The notes beneath the pieces were generated by a model. That model made no database searches and was not told the DNA's origin. It saw only the letters and a program-made list of their open reading frames with translations. From Thermoanaerobaculia bacterium (GTDB lineage: Bacteria > Acidobacteriota > Thermoanaerobaculia > UBA5066): a DNA stretch of 64,000 nt. This document shows, piece by piece, positions 36,791 through 45,839 of the stretch. The stretch spans positions 288,001 to 352,000 of the forward strand of contig CAWFJJ010000029.1 of assembly GCA_963816185.1 (NCBI GenBank), written 5' to 3'. The position numbers were made by a program, and so were the translations under genes. Each line of letters opens with the position of its first letter. Position 1 is the first letter of the stretch.

Positions 36791-37198
36791 ATGAAGATCT
36801 TGATTGTGGACGACTCGGAACCCGTGGGCGCGCCCCTCGTCGCGCTGCTCCGCCGGGTGGAGGGTCTCGAATTCCTGCCACAGGTGTTCAACGCGACGGA
36901 TGCGTTGGGGGCTTTCCGGGAGCATCGTCCCGGAGTCGTGCTTCTCGACCTGGAGCTCAGGGGCGGCACGTCCCTCGAGCTGGTCCGGGAGATCAAGACG
37001 AAGGCGCCTGCCACGCGCGTGTTCGTCCTGACCGCTCATCTGGACGAGCGCTATCGGAAGCCGTGCCTAGACGCCGGCGCCGAGTTCTACCTGAGCAAGG
37101 CTACGGATCTTCCGCGTCTCGCCGGCATCCTGGCCGACGCGGCCTGGGAGCGCGAGGCCGGAGCCGCGAAATTGCGCGCGTTCCACGCCCCACCGTGA
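36791..37198 (+). CDS. Single-domain response regulator (REC), copy 1
   Basis: ILIVDDS, LLDLEL, VLT, YLSK; AAGGAG RBS. Confidence 0.9.
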   Translation: MKILIVDDSEPVGAPLVALLRRVEGLEFLPQVFNATDALGAFREHRPGVVLLDLELRGGTSLELVREIKTKAPATRVFVLTAHLDERYRKPCLDAGAEFYLSKATDLPRLAGILADAAWEREAGAAKLRAFHAPP

Positions 37199-37320
37199 TG
37201 GACCCGGGTTTTCAGACGGGAGCCGATTTCTATTTCGAGAAGCCTGTTTCCCTCGACCGGCTGAGAAGCACTCTGGCCGACATTCGCGAGGTCGCCAGCG
37301 GACCGCTTCCGGCCGAGTAG
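37198..37320 (+). pseudogene. C-terminal fragment of a receiver domain
   Basis: MDPGFQTGADFYFEKPVSLDRLRSTL corresponds to alpha4-beta5-alpha5 of REC only. Confidence 0.55.
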
Positions 37321-37330
37321 ACTGAACGAG

Positions 37331-39214
37331 ATGAAGCGAATCGCTCAGACGAGGCGGACCAACGAACCTCGTCGAGAGAGCGAACGCAAGATGCTGGCCC
37401 TTCTCGACGTTCTGCGCCGCGAGAAGGAGCGTCTGAACAGGGCGTCGATCGCCGGGCGGGTCGCGCTGTGGGAGTGGGACCTCGGAACCGGGACCGTGGA
37501 GTGGACCAGCGTCGTGGACACGATGCTCGGCTATCCGCCTGGGGGCCTTCCGCGAACCGTTCAGGGATGGGGATCGTGCATCCACCGCGAGGACCTGCCC
37601 GCCGTGATCGACGCTCTCGACCGCCACCTGAGGCACAAGGCGCCGTACGAGGCCGTCTACCGGATCCAGCGCGCCGACGGCGGATACGTCTGGTGGCACG
37701 ACGTGGGATACGCCGAGCGCGACGGCGAGGGAAAACCGTTCCGGATGGCGGGAACCTGCGTGGACATCACGGAAACGAAGCGCACGGAAGAGGCCATCCG
37801 CATTCGGGACACCGCGCTCGCATCCTCGAACAGCGCGATTCTCATGACCAATTCGGCGGGCATCGTGACCTACACCAACCGGGCCTTCCTGGAGCTCTGG
37901 GGCTTCGGAGGGGAGGCGGAGGTTCTGAATCGGGACGTGAAGGAGTTCTGGGATCCCGAGGAGAAGATCGCCGAGCTCATCAAGACCCTCCTGGATCAGG
38001 GCGGATGGACGGGCGAGCTCCGGGGCCGCCGAAAGGACGGCACGCGCTTCGACGTCGAGGCCGTGGGGAGCCTGGCGATCGACGACGCCGGCCGAACGAT
38101 CGGCATGATGGGATCGTTCGTCGACATCACTCCTCGCAGGCGCGCGGAGTCGAAGATCCGGCGCCTGGCCGCGGCCGTGGAGCAGGTGGCCCAGTCGGTG
38201 ATCATCACCGATACGAAGGGGATCATCCAGTACGTCAACGCCGCCTTCACCGCGACGACCGGCTACGCCCGGGAGGAGGTCTTCGACAGGACGCCGGCCA
38301 TCCTCAAGAGCTCTCTCCACGACCCTGCCCATTACGAGCGCCTCTGGAAGACCATCCTCGCCGGGCAGACGTGGAAAGGCCGGTTCACGAACCGGAGGAA
38401 AGACGGGAGCCGGTACGAGGTCGAGGCCACGATCACGCCGGTTCGGGACAGCCTCGGAACCATCACGAGCTTCGTGGGTCTCGAGCAGGACGTGACCGAG
38501 CAGCTCGCCGTGCGCCGGAGGCTCCAGGAGCAGGAGAAGCTCGCGGCCATCGGGGGCATCGCGGCGGGCATCGCGCACGAGGTCAAGAATCCCCTCTTCG
38601 CCATCTCGAGCGGCATCCAGCTCCTTCAGGAGGAGCTCGCGCTCGACGACGAGCAGCGCAAGACCTTCGAGATCATCTATGGGGACGTCATGCGCATGGA
38701 CCGGCTCGTCCGCCAGCTCCAGCTCCTGAGCGCGCGCCCGCGCCTCAACAGAACCGTTCAGAGAGTGGCGGATCTGATCGAGGCGGCCATCACGCTCAAC
38801 CGAGGTCTCGCGGCCGAGAAATCTCTCACGATGTCGGAATGCATCGCGCCGAACCTGCCCGACCTCGTGGTGGACCGCGACCAGCTTCTTCAGGTCCTCT
38901 TCAACCTCGTCCAGAACGCGATCTTCGTCTCGCCGCGCAGCGCCCGAATCGAGGCGGCCGCCGACGCGGGGCCGGACCGCGCGAGCGTGATCATCAAGGT
39001 CCGGGACGAGGGTCCGGGGATTCCGGGCGACCTCACGGAGAGAATCTTCGAGCCATTCTTCACCACGAAGAAATCCAGCGCGGGCATGGGGCTCGCCATC
39101 TCCCGGCGGATCGCGCTCGACCACGGCGGGTCGCTGACGGCGGAGAATCACCCGCAGGGCGGCGCGGTGTTCGCCCTCCAGCTGCCGGTGGAGCCGGTGG
39201 AGGAGCCGGTGTGA
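37331..39214 (+). CDS. Triple-PAS sensor histidine kinase (NtrB/AtoS type)
   Basis: WEWDL PAS_3, two more PAS units, AHEVKNPL, NLVQNA, DEGPG, FFTTK, GMGL. Confidence 0.94.
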   Translation: MKRIAQTRRTNEPRRESERKMLALLDVLRREKERLNRASIAGRVALWEWDLGTGTVEWTSVVDTMLGYPPGGLPRTVQGWGSCIHREDLPAVIDALDRHLRHKAPYEAVYRIQRADGGYVWWHDVGYAERDGEGKPFRMAGTCVDITETKRTEEAIRIRDTALASSNSAILMTNSAGIVTYTNRAFLELWGFGGEAEVLNRDVKEFWDPEEKIAELIKTLLDQGGWTGELRGRRKDGTRFDVEAVGSLAIDDAGRTIGMMGSFVDITPRRRAESKIRRLAAAVEQVAQSVIITDTKGIIQYVNAAFTATTGYAREEVFDRTPAILKSSLHDPAHYERLWKTILAGQTWKGRFTNRRKDGSRYEVEATITPVRDSLGTITSFVGLEQDVTEQLAVRRRLQEQEKLAAIGGIAAGIAHEVKNPLFAISSGIQLLQEELALDDEQRKTFEIIYGDVMRMDRLVRQLQLLSARPRLNRTVQRVADLIEAAITLNRGLAAEKSLTMSECIAPNLPDLVVDRDQLLQVLFNLVQNAIFVSPRSARIEAAADAGPDRASVIIKVRDEGPGIPGDLTERIFEPFFTTKKSSAGMGLAISRRIALDHGGSLTAENHPQGGAVFALQLPVEPVEEPV

Positions 39215-40563
39215 GCGGAAAGCTCCTGATCGTGGACGACGAGGAGTCGATCCGCGCGAACCTGAAGCGTTACTTCAGCCGCAAGTCGATGGAGGTGCTC
39301 ACCGCGTCGACGGGCGGCGAGGCGGTCGCGATCTGCGGCTCGTCCATGGTCGACGTCGTGCTCCTCGACCTCCGGCTTCCGGACCTGGACGGACTGGCGG
39401 TGCTCGGTCAGATCAAAGCGATCTCTCCGCAGACGGGCGTCATTCTCATCACAGCCCACGGAGACGTGGACACGGCCGTCAAGGCCATGCAGATGAGGGC
39501 GGACAACTTTCTTCTGAAGCCCGTCGACCTGAAGGCCGTCGAGGTGCTCGTGTTGAAGCTCCTCGAGACGTCCCGGGCCCGGACGGAGATCCTCTACCTG
39601 AAGGCGAAGGTCTCGCGGCTGTCGGGCTTCACGGGACCTTTGAAACCGCGCTTTCCCGCCCGGTTGTCCGAGACGATTCACGCCCTGGCGTCGAGCCCGA
39701 CGACGAGCGTTCTGATCCAGGGCGAAACGGGAACGGGCAAGGGAGTCGCGGCGCGTCTGATCCACGAGCTGAGCGAGCGCGCGACGAACGCCTTCGTGGA
39801 CATCAACTGCGCGACGCTGACGCCCGAGTTCCTCGAGTCGGAGCTCTTCGGCCACGAGAAGGGGGCATTCACGGACGCGAAGGAATTCAAGCGGGGCATG
39901 CTCGAGCTGGCGCACGGAGGCAGCCTCTTCCTGGACGAGATCGGAGAGCTCGCACCCTCCGTGCAGGCCAAGCTCCTCCACGTGCTTGAGGAGAAGAGAT
40001 TCCGGAGGCTCGGCGCGACGGCCAGCATCCAGGTGGACGCGCGCCTGATCGCTGCCACGAACGCCGACCTGGAGCGCGGCGTGAAGGCCGGCACCTTCCG
40101 GAAGGACCTCTTCTATCGCCTGAACGTGATGCCGATCGTCCTCCCACCGCTCCGGCAGAGGCGTGAGGACATCCTGCCTCTCGCCCAGGACTTTCTCGAG
40201 GAGTTCGTCTCCGCCCATACCCGCAAGAGAATCCGGGGCCTCACAGCGGAGGCCGAGAACGCGCTTCAAGCGTACGGCTGGCCGGGAAACATCCGGGAGC
40301 TCCGGAACGTGATGGAGCGCGCCGCGCTCTTGTGCGAGGGAGACGCCATCGGCGTCGAGCATCTCCCGGACAGCCTGACTCGAAAGCCGAAGGCCGCGGG
40401 ATTCGACGGCACGGAGAACCTCTCCATGGAGTTCGTCGAGAGCGAGCACATCCGGAAAGTCCTGAAGCTCTGCGAAGGCAGCCGCTCGCAGGCGGCGAGG
40501 CTTCTCGGGATCCATCGCTCGACCCTTCTGCAGAAGATCGCCAAGTACGGGATCGACGGCTGA
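39211..40563 (+). CDS. sigma54-dependent response regulator (NtrC/AtoC family)
   Basis: REC; GETGTGK; ESELFGHEKGAFTDA; FLDEIGE; WPGNIREL; Fis HTH AARLLGIHRSTL. Confidence 0.96.
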   Translation: MSGKLLIVDDEESIRANLKRYFSRKSMEVLTASTGGEAVAICGSSMVDVVLLDLRLPDLDGLAVLGQIKAISPQTGVILITAHGDVDTAVKAMQMRADNFLLKPVDLKAVEVLVLKLLETSRARTEILYLKAKVSRLSGFTGPLKPRFPARLSETIHALASSPTTSVLIQGETGTGKGVAARLIHELSERATNAFVDINCATLTPEFLESELFGHEKGAFTDAKEFKRGMLELAHGGSLFLDEIGELAPSVQAKLLHVLEEKRFRRLGATASIQVDARLIAATNADLERGVKAGTFRKDLFYRLNVMPIVLPPLRQRREDILPLAQDFLEEFVSAHTRKRIRGLTAEAENALQAYGWPGNIRELRNVMERAALLCEGDAIGVEHLPDSLTRKPKAAGFDGTENLSMEFVESEHIRKVLKLCEGSRSQAARLLGIHRSTLLQKIAKYGIDG

Positions 40564-40641
40564 CGTGGCAAGTTCCCGCCGGGAGCCGTGTTAGGCTTTG
40601 CCGTCGCTCTGAACCGTCAGTCGCCGGCCGTCGTACAGATC

Positions 40642-41025
40642 ATGCCCGCCGAAAGGAATACGAAGATGTATTCGGCCTGATGTCGAATTCGGCAAACCCA
40701 TCGATGACTACTCCGAAGTAAGCGGGTGGAGTTTTGGAAGTCTTCCACCCCCCTTGCCGGCGGCGCCCCTCGAACTGCCCATCGCCACGACTGGCATTTC
40801 ACAAAGGATCGGGATTCGCTGAGTGACGCGCTCATGCGGCACTGCGCGAGTGGGACCGAATTCGGCACCGTATGGCTCGAGGTTTATAAGGACGACAACG
40901 ACTACCCCAGTCTTGCCTATACGATGAGCCAGGTACAAGTAAGCGCAATACACACGAACGGCGACGGCAGTGAGTCCGTCGCCTTGGATTTCAAGACCAT
41001 GCAAGGCAGCTACGCCGGCCGATGA
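40642..41025 (+). pseudogene. Orphan Hcp (type VI secretion tube)-like gene, apparently frameshifted in its 5' part
   Basis: 40726-41025 reads HDWHFTKDRDSLSDALMRHCASGTEFGTVWLEVYK...YTMSQVQVS...ESVALDF; the adjacent frame from 40679 gives SEVSGWSFG, matching the Hcp EVxSWSWG motif. Confidence 0.65.
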
Positions 41026-41110
41026 AGCGAGCACAGGCGCATGTAGTCGGTCTGTAAGAGCTAGCCACTCCCTGGTCGGGCTGACGCGCTTAGGCTCATC
41101 GCTTTCTCCC

Positions 41111-41272
41111 TGTCTGATTCTCCGGCAGGCGGAATTTCCGACAGTCCCATCCGGCCTTCGCGCTCGGTTCTTCGGCCCTCCTTCGAGCCGCTCGAAACGC
41201 CGTCAATCCGTTGAATCCACGGGCCCTGCCGCTCCGGCGGGCGTGGCGTTCTCTCACTGGCACGCGGTGTGC
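41111..41272 (+). promoter_or_regulatory. sigma54 promoter 1 with UAS and IHF site
   Basis: UAS TGTCTGATTCTCCGGCAGGCGGAATTTCCGACA 41111-41143; IHF-like CAATCCGTTGAAT 41204-41216; TGGCACG-CGGT-GTGC 41258-41272. Confidence 0.75.
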
Positions 41273-41286
41273 CCACGGGATTGGAG

Positions 41287-41883
41287 ATGACACCGCCTGA
41301 TCCCGCCGCGAGGAGCGTTTTCGAAGGCTCGCTCGAATACATTCCTCTCGCCGACATCATCCAGATGCTCCAGGTCGGGGCGAAGAGCGGCGTTCTGTTC
41401 CTGCGTCGCGACGACGGGCATAGCGCGGTCGTCGCGTTCCGCGACGGAGCCGTCATCCAGGCCGTCCACCGTGAGTCCTACCAGACGCTCGGCGACCGCC
41501 TCGTCGACGGCGGAGCCATCAATCGAATCGACCTCCAGGAGGCCCTCACGTACATGACCCGGTTTCCGGGCATGCGGGTGGGAGACGCGCTCGTCGAGCT
41601 CGGCAGCATCACGCGATCGCGGATCGAGGACGAGGTGGCGGCGCAGATGACCGAGACGATCGAGAAGCTCATCGGCTGGACCGACGCCGAGTTCGAGTTC
41701 CGGGTCGGACTCGTGTCGCCTGCGCGCGGCAACGCCATCGACCTCGTCCACGAGAAGGGGGTCTCGCCTCTTCACCTCCTGCTCGAGGCGAGCGCCCTTC
41801 AGGACAAGCGAAACCGGGAACGCGACCTTCTCGAGCGCGCTCTCGAGACCTCGGCGGCAAGCCTGGTCCGGGGGACGAGATGA
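41287..41883 (+). CDS. DUF4388 domain protein with MshEN-like repeats
   Basis: FEGSLEYIPLADIIQML..GAKSGVL...FRDGAVIQA; LGDRLVDGGAI / RVGDALVELGSI; W..AEFEF; LLLEA. Confidence 0.85.
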   Translation: MTPPDPAARSVFEGSLEYIPLADIIQMLQVGAKSGVLFLRRDDGHSAVVAFRDGAVIQAVHRESYQTLGDRLVDGGAINRIDLQEALTYMTRFPGMRVGDALVELGSITRSRIEDEVAAQMTETIEKLIGWTDAEFEFRVGLVSPARGNAIDLVHEKGVSPLHLLLEASALQDKRNRERDLLERALETSAASLVRGTR

Positions 41884-43103
41884 AGCAGGCTCACCGCGCG
41901 CAGAACAGCGTTCTCGAGGGGAGGCTCGAGGACGTTCCCCTCGCCGACATCGTCCAGGTGCTCCAGGTCGGCGCCAAGAGCGGCGCCCTGGTCCTGCGGC
42001 GCGGCGACGGGCAGACGGCGGTCCTCGCCTTCCGGGGCGGATCCGTCATCCAGGCCATGAGCACCGAGGCCTACCAGTCCCTCGGCGACCGGCTCATCGC
42101 CAGCGCGGCCATCAAGCGGCCCGATCTCCAGGAGGCCCTCGATTACATGACCCGCTTTCCCGGCATGCGGGTCGGCGACGCCCTCGTCGAGCTCGGCACG
42201 ATCAGCCGCGGGAGGATCGAGGACGAGGTGGCCGCGCAGATGGCCGAGACGATCGAGAAGCTCATGACCTGGACGGATACCGGGTTCGAGTTCCAGGTCG
42301 GATTCGTCGCTCTCCCGCGGGGCCTGCCGGCCCTCGCCCTCGACCTCCTTCACGAAAAAGGCGTCGAGCCCCGGCAGCTGCTGCTCGAGGCGAGCCTCCT
42401 CAAGGACAAGCGAAACCGGCAGCACCTCGGGGCGCGTGCGGAGGAGATTCCGGCAACTCCGCGGAAGGCTCGGGGGGAAGCCGAAAAGGCGGAGGCGACG
42501 GACGAGGAAGCCGACAAGATCCTGCGCTGGTTCAACGAGGGGGCGCCCGCCCGGCCCTCCGAGCTCGAAGATCTCTCCGGGGCGCGTACCGCCGCTTCGT
42601 ACCTCTCGATCAGCGAGGAGCTGTTCGTCGCCACGGGAAAGGGCGAGATCGGGCTTCTCTTCCTCAGGTATGCGAGCGAGCTCTACTCCGACGGCGGCCT
42701 CCTCATGAGAACGAAAGAGGGCTTCCAGGTGCTGGGCCAGTTCGGAAATGCGTTCTCGTGGGGCGAGGTCCGCGAGTCGAAGACCTTCTTCCCGGCTGGC
42801 GAGAGTCCGCTCTTCGACACGATCGTCGCCGAACGGCGGCCGTATTCGGGCTTCGTCGCCATGACGGGAACGGGCGGTCTCAGCCCCGTGTCGCCACGGA
42901 CGCCGGGTGCCCGCGTGGCGCTCGCGGTCCCGCTGCTCGTCCTCGGCGACGTCTCGCTGATTCTCTTCTGCCGGACGGCCGTGGCCAGCGCACCGGACGC
43001 GCGCGCGCTCATCGCGTTGGCGCGTCAGGTGTCGATCACTCTCGAGAACGCGGCGCTGCGCGAGGCCGCCAAGCGCGCGATTTCTCCTGCTGCCGTGGTC
43101 TAA
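41880..43103 (+). CDS. DUF4388/MshEN-like protein with a C-terminal GAF-like domain
   Basis: N-terminal ~190 aa highly similar to the upstream gene; C-terminal ALAVPLLVLG...LARQVSITLENAAL. Confidence 0.82.
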   Translation: MKQAHRAQNSVLEGRLEDVPLADIVQVLQVGAKSGALVLRRGDGQTAVLAFRGGSVIQAMSTEAYQSLGDRLIASAAIKRPDLQEALDYMTRFPGMRVGDALVELGTISRGRIEDEVAAQMAETIEKLMTWTDTGFEFQVGFVALPRGLPALALDLLHEKGVEPRQLLLEASLLKDKRNRQHLGARAEEIPATPRKARGEAEKAEATDEEADKILRWFNEGAPARPSELEDLSGARTAASYLSISEELFVATGKGEIGLLFLRYASELYSDGGLLMRTKEGFQVLGQFGNAFSWGEVRESKTFFPAGESPLFDTIVAERRPYSGFVAMTGTGGLSPVSPRTPGARVALAVPLLVLGDVSLILFCRTAVASAPDARALIALARQVSITLENAALREAAKRAISPAAVV

Positions 43104-43170
43104 GATGATCGCGTGACCGCGCCATGCCCACGACCCGCCGCCGCGAGCGCCGTTCTCGAGGGATGCCCCC

Positions 43171-43965
43171 ATGACGGCCGCCGATAAGGCCGAGTCGCTC
43201 CGAGGCATGTTCCGGAACCTCGCGGAGCGAAGTCGGGAGCTCCGGGACGACCTGATTCGCGAGAACGAACGGCTTCGGGGCCGCGTCCAGCTCCTGGAGA
43301 ACGATCTCGTGAGGGCCGAAGGCATCCTCTCCAAGGAGTTCGAGGGCGCGAAAGGAGAGCACGAGCGCCTGAGAGGGGAGGCGGACAAGCTCGTGGAGGA
43401 GAACCAGGACTTCGCGCGGCGGTACGTCGAGCTCGAGGAGCACGCGACCGGACTCGCGAACCTCTACGCCGCGACGTTCCAGCTCCACGCGACGCTCGAC
43501 CCGACCGAGGTCGTGAAGACGATCACGGAAATCGCGATCAATCTCATCGGCGCGGCCGACTTCATCCTCTACCTCACCGACGACGCCAAGGGAGACTTCA
43601 TCGTCGCGGCCCGGGAGGGAGAGCGTTCGCCGAACGTCCCGCGGCTTCCGGCTCTGACGCATGCGCTCGAACGTGAAGCCGTCGGCGAGCGCCGAACCGT
43701 CTTCGCCGAGCTCGACGCGGACGCGACCGACGAGGAGAAACCTCCGATCTGCTGCACGCCGCTCGTCTTCCGGGATCGGCTCGTCGGCGTCCTGACGGTC
43801 TACGCGCTCCTCTCGCACAAGAAAAGCTTCTCCGGGCTCGATCGAGAGCTGTTCGACCTCCTCGGCGATCAGGCGGCGCTCGCGATCGTGTCGTCCCAGT
43901 GCTTCGTGACGGTCGATCGGAAGCTGAAGACCGTCCAGGGGTTCCTCGACCTCCTGAAGAGCTAG
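43171..43965 (+). CDS. Coiled-coil + GAF domain protein
   Basis: N-terminal heptads; YVELEE...LANLYAA..QLHATLD..EV; CCTPLVFRDRLVGVL...LGDQAALAI. Confidence 0.85.
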   Translation: MTAADKAESLRGMFRNLAERSRELRDDLIRENERLRGRVQLLENDLVRAEGILSKEFEGAKGEHERLRGEADKLVEENQDFARRYVELEEHATGLANLYAATFQLHATLDPTEVVKTITEIAINLIGAADFILYLTDDAKGDFIVAAREGERSPNVPRLPALTHALEREAVGERRTVFAELDADATDEEKPPICCTPLVFRDRLVGVLTVYALLSHKKSFSGLDRELFDLLGDQAALAIVSSQCFVTVDRKLKTVQGFLDLLKS

Positions 43966-43984
43966 GCACGCCGCGCGCCGCCGC

Positions 43985-44121
43985 TGTCTGATTCCCCGAC
44001 AGGTGGTTTTTCCGACAGCCTTCGGGAGCCGTTCCGAATGCGCGGAAAGCCGCCAATCCCTTGATTCCAGAGAACCTGTCTCACCGCTCGTTCTCCGTTC
44101 CTCGGCTGGCACGGGGTGTGC
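43985..44121 (+). promoter_or_regulatory. sigma54 promoter 2 with UAS and IHF site
   Basis: UAS TGTCTGATTCCCCGACAGGTGGTTTTTCCGACA 43985-44017; IHF consensus CAATCCCTTGATT 44054-44066; TGGCACG-GGGT-GTGC 44107-44121. Confidence 0.8.
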
Positions 44122-44161
44122 GCTGGAGGTCGCGGAAGACCCATATCGAGGAGGCCAACAG

Positions 44162-44533
44162 ATGGTGCGAAAGAAGATCCTGCTCGTCGACGACTCCGAA
44201 ACGAGCCTGCTGATGTCGCGGATGATCCTCAGCAAGGCGAACTACGACATCGTCGTCGCGAAGAACGGCGCGGACGGCGTCGACCGAGCCGTCGCCGAGC
44301 GTCCCGACCTGGTCCTTCTGGACGTCGTCATGCCGAAGATGAACGGCTTCGAGGCCTGCACGGCGATGAGGGCGCGGCAGGAGACCGAGACGATTCCCAT
44401 CATCATGGTCACGACCCGCGGCGAGGGGGCGAGCGTCGAGAGCGGCTTTGCGGCGGGAGCGACCGACTACATCACGAAGCCCGTGAACGGACTGGAGCTC
44501 CTGACGAAGGTCCGGAACATCCTCGGAGACTGA
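44162..44533 (+). CDS. Single-domain response regulator (CheY-like)
   Basis: KILLVDDS, LLDVVMP, MVTT, YITKP; GAGGAGG RBS. Confidence 0.92.
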   Translation: MVRKKILLVDDSETSLLMSRMILSKANYDIVVAKNGADGVDRAVAERPDLVLLDVVMPKMNGFEACTAMRARQETETIPIIMVTTRGEGASVESGFAAGATDYITKPVNGLELLTKVRNILGD

Positions 44534-44534
44534 G

Positions 44535-45306
44535 GTGTCCGCCGTGAGCGAGAGCGATCCCCTCGAGTCGTACGTCCGCAGGGTCCAGGCGGACACCCAC
44601 CGCTACGTCCACGACCTCCTCGGCGAGAACGAGAAGCTCCGGGTCGCCGCCGCGACCCTTCAGAGCGAGAAGGCGCGCCTTCAGGAAGAGATCTTCACGA
44701 CGCACGAGAAGCTGGACCGGCACAAGCTCGAGGAGCTGAAGCTCGAGCGCCGGCTGGCGGAGATCGCCGCGGAGAACCGGCGCTTCTCGGAAGAGTACGT
44801 GCTCGTCGAGCAGCAGAACTCGAACCTCGCGAACCTGTACGTGGCGAGCGCGCGGCTCCATTCCACGCTCGATCGCCGCGAGGTGCTCGCGGTGATCATC
44901 GACATCATCGAGTTCCTCGTGGGCTGCGAGCAGATCGGAGTCTTCGAGGCGAAGGGCGGGAAGCTGCATCTGGTCGCCTCGAAGGGTCTGGACGAGATCC
45001 GTTACGCGGAGATCACGATGGGCGAGGGGCCGATCGGACGCACGGCCCTCACGGGTCAGCCCTATCTGACGGTGGCCGGAAGCGGCGACGAAGACGGGTC
45101 TGACGGCCTGCATGCCCGTGAAGTTCCGGGACAAGGTCCACCACGTGATCACGCTGTTCCGCCTCCTCCCGCAGAAGGCCGGGCGGCTCGAGCCGGTCGA
45201 CCACGACCTTCTCAATCTCCTCGCGGGCGAGGCAGGGACGGCTCTCGTGGCCGCTTCGCTCCTGTCGCAGCCGGACTCGCTCGTGCTGAAGGACCAGGAG
45301 GCTTGA
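44535..45306 (+). CDS. Coiled-coil + GAF domain protein, with an apparent +1 frameshift at GGG 45096-45098
   Basis: YVLVEQQNSNLANLYVAS.RLHSTLD..EV is paralogous to 43171; removing one G joins it to LTACMPVKF...LAGEAGTAL (ORF 45112-45306). Confidence 0.8.
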
Positions 45307-45839
45307 TGGCCGACGCTCTCCCCGTCCCGGGCTTCGTGCCCGCGGCCGGAAAGAACGGGCGTGTTCCCAATTTGTCGGGGGGCGGCCGGCAGGTGCCGAG
45401 CGTCTATCTCTACCCGGGCGAGCTCATCGCCACGTCGGACCCTTCGGTGATCTCGACCGTTCTCGGATCGTGCGTCTGCGTCTGCCTCCTGGATCCGGTC
45501 ACGAAGAGCGGCGGCGCGAACCACTTCCTGCTCCCTCACCTGACGAGCGGGGACGGCTCGTCCTGCCGGTTCGGGAGGACCGCGATGGAGATGCTGTTCA
45601 GCCGCATGCTTTCTCTCGGCTGCCAGAAGCGGAATCTGACGGCCCGGATGTTCGGCGGGGCCTCGCAGTTCGAAGGAGCCCGGGACCGCGTCTCGATCGG
45701 ACAGCAGAACGTGCAGGTGGCGACGCGCTTCCTGGAGGACGAGGGGATCCCGATCCTCGTCCAGGAGGTCGGGGGATCGCGCGGACGCAAGCTCGTTTTC
45801 CACACCGAAACAGGCGACGTCTTCGTGAGGATGCTGTGA
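45306..45839 (+). CDS. cheD: Chemoreceptor glutamine deamidase CheD
   Basis: YLYPGE, TVLGSCVCVCL, GGANHFLLP, MFGGA, IGQQN, VGGSRGRKL. Confidence 0.93.
   Translation: MADALPVPGFVPAAGKNGRVPNLSGGGRQVPSVYLYPGELIATSDPSVISTVLGSCVCVCLLDPVTKSGGANHFLLPHLTSGDGSSCRFGRTAMEMLFSRMLSLGCQKRNLTARMFGGASQFEGARDRVSIGQQNVQVATRFLEDEGIPILVQEVGGSRGRKLVFHTETGDVFVRML

Noticed and set aside
37468-39210. Apparent 1031-aa ORF with a long N-terminal extension on the NtrC protein (similarly 26238, 35670, 51632, 53925, 56437, 23485, 24243)
   Set aside because: The extensions are off-frame reads through the upstream gene; real starts are at ATGA/GTGA overlaps or after RBSs
44535-45839. Apparent GAF-CheD fusion protein (434 aa)
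   Set aside because: Created by a +1 indel at 45096-45098; the true GAF C-terminus is in another frame ending at 45306, where cheD starts
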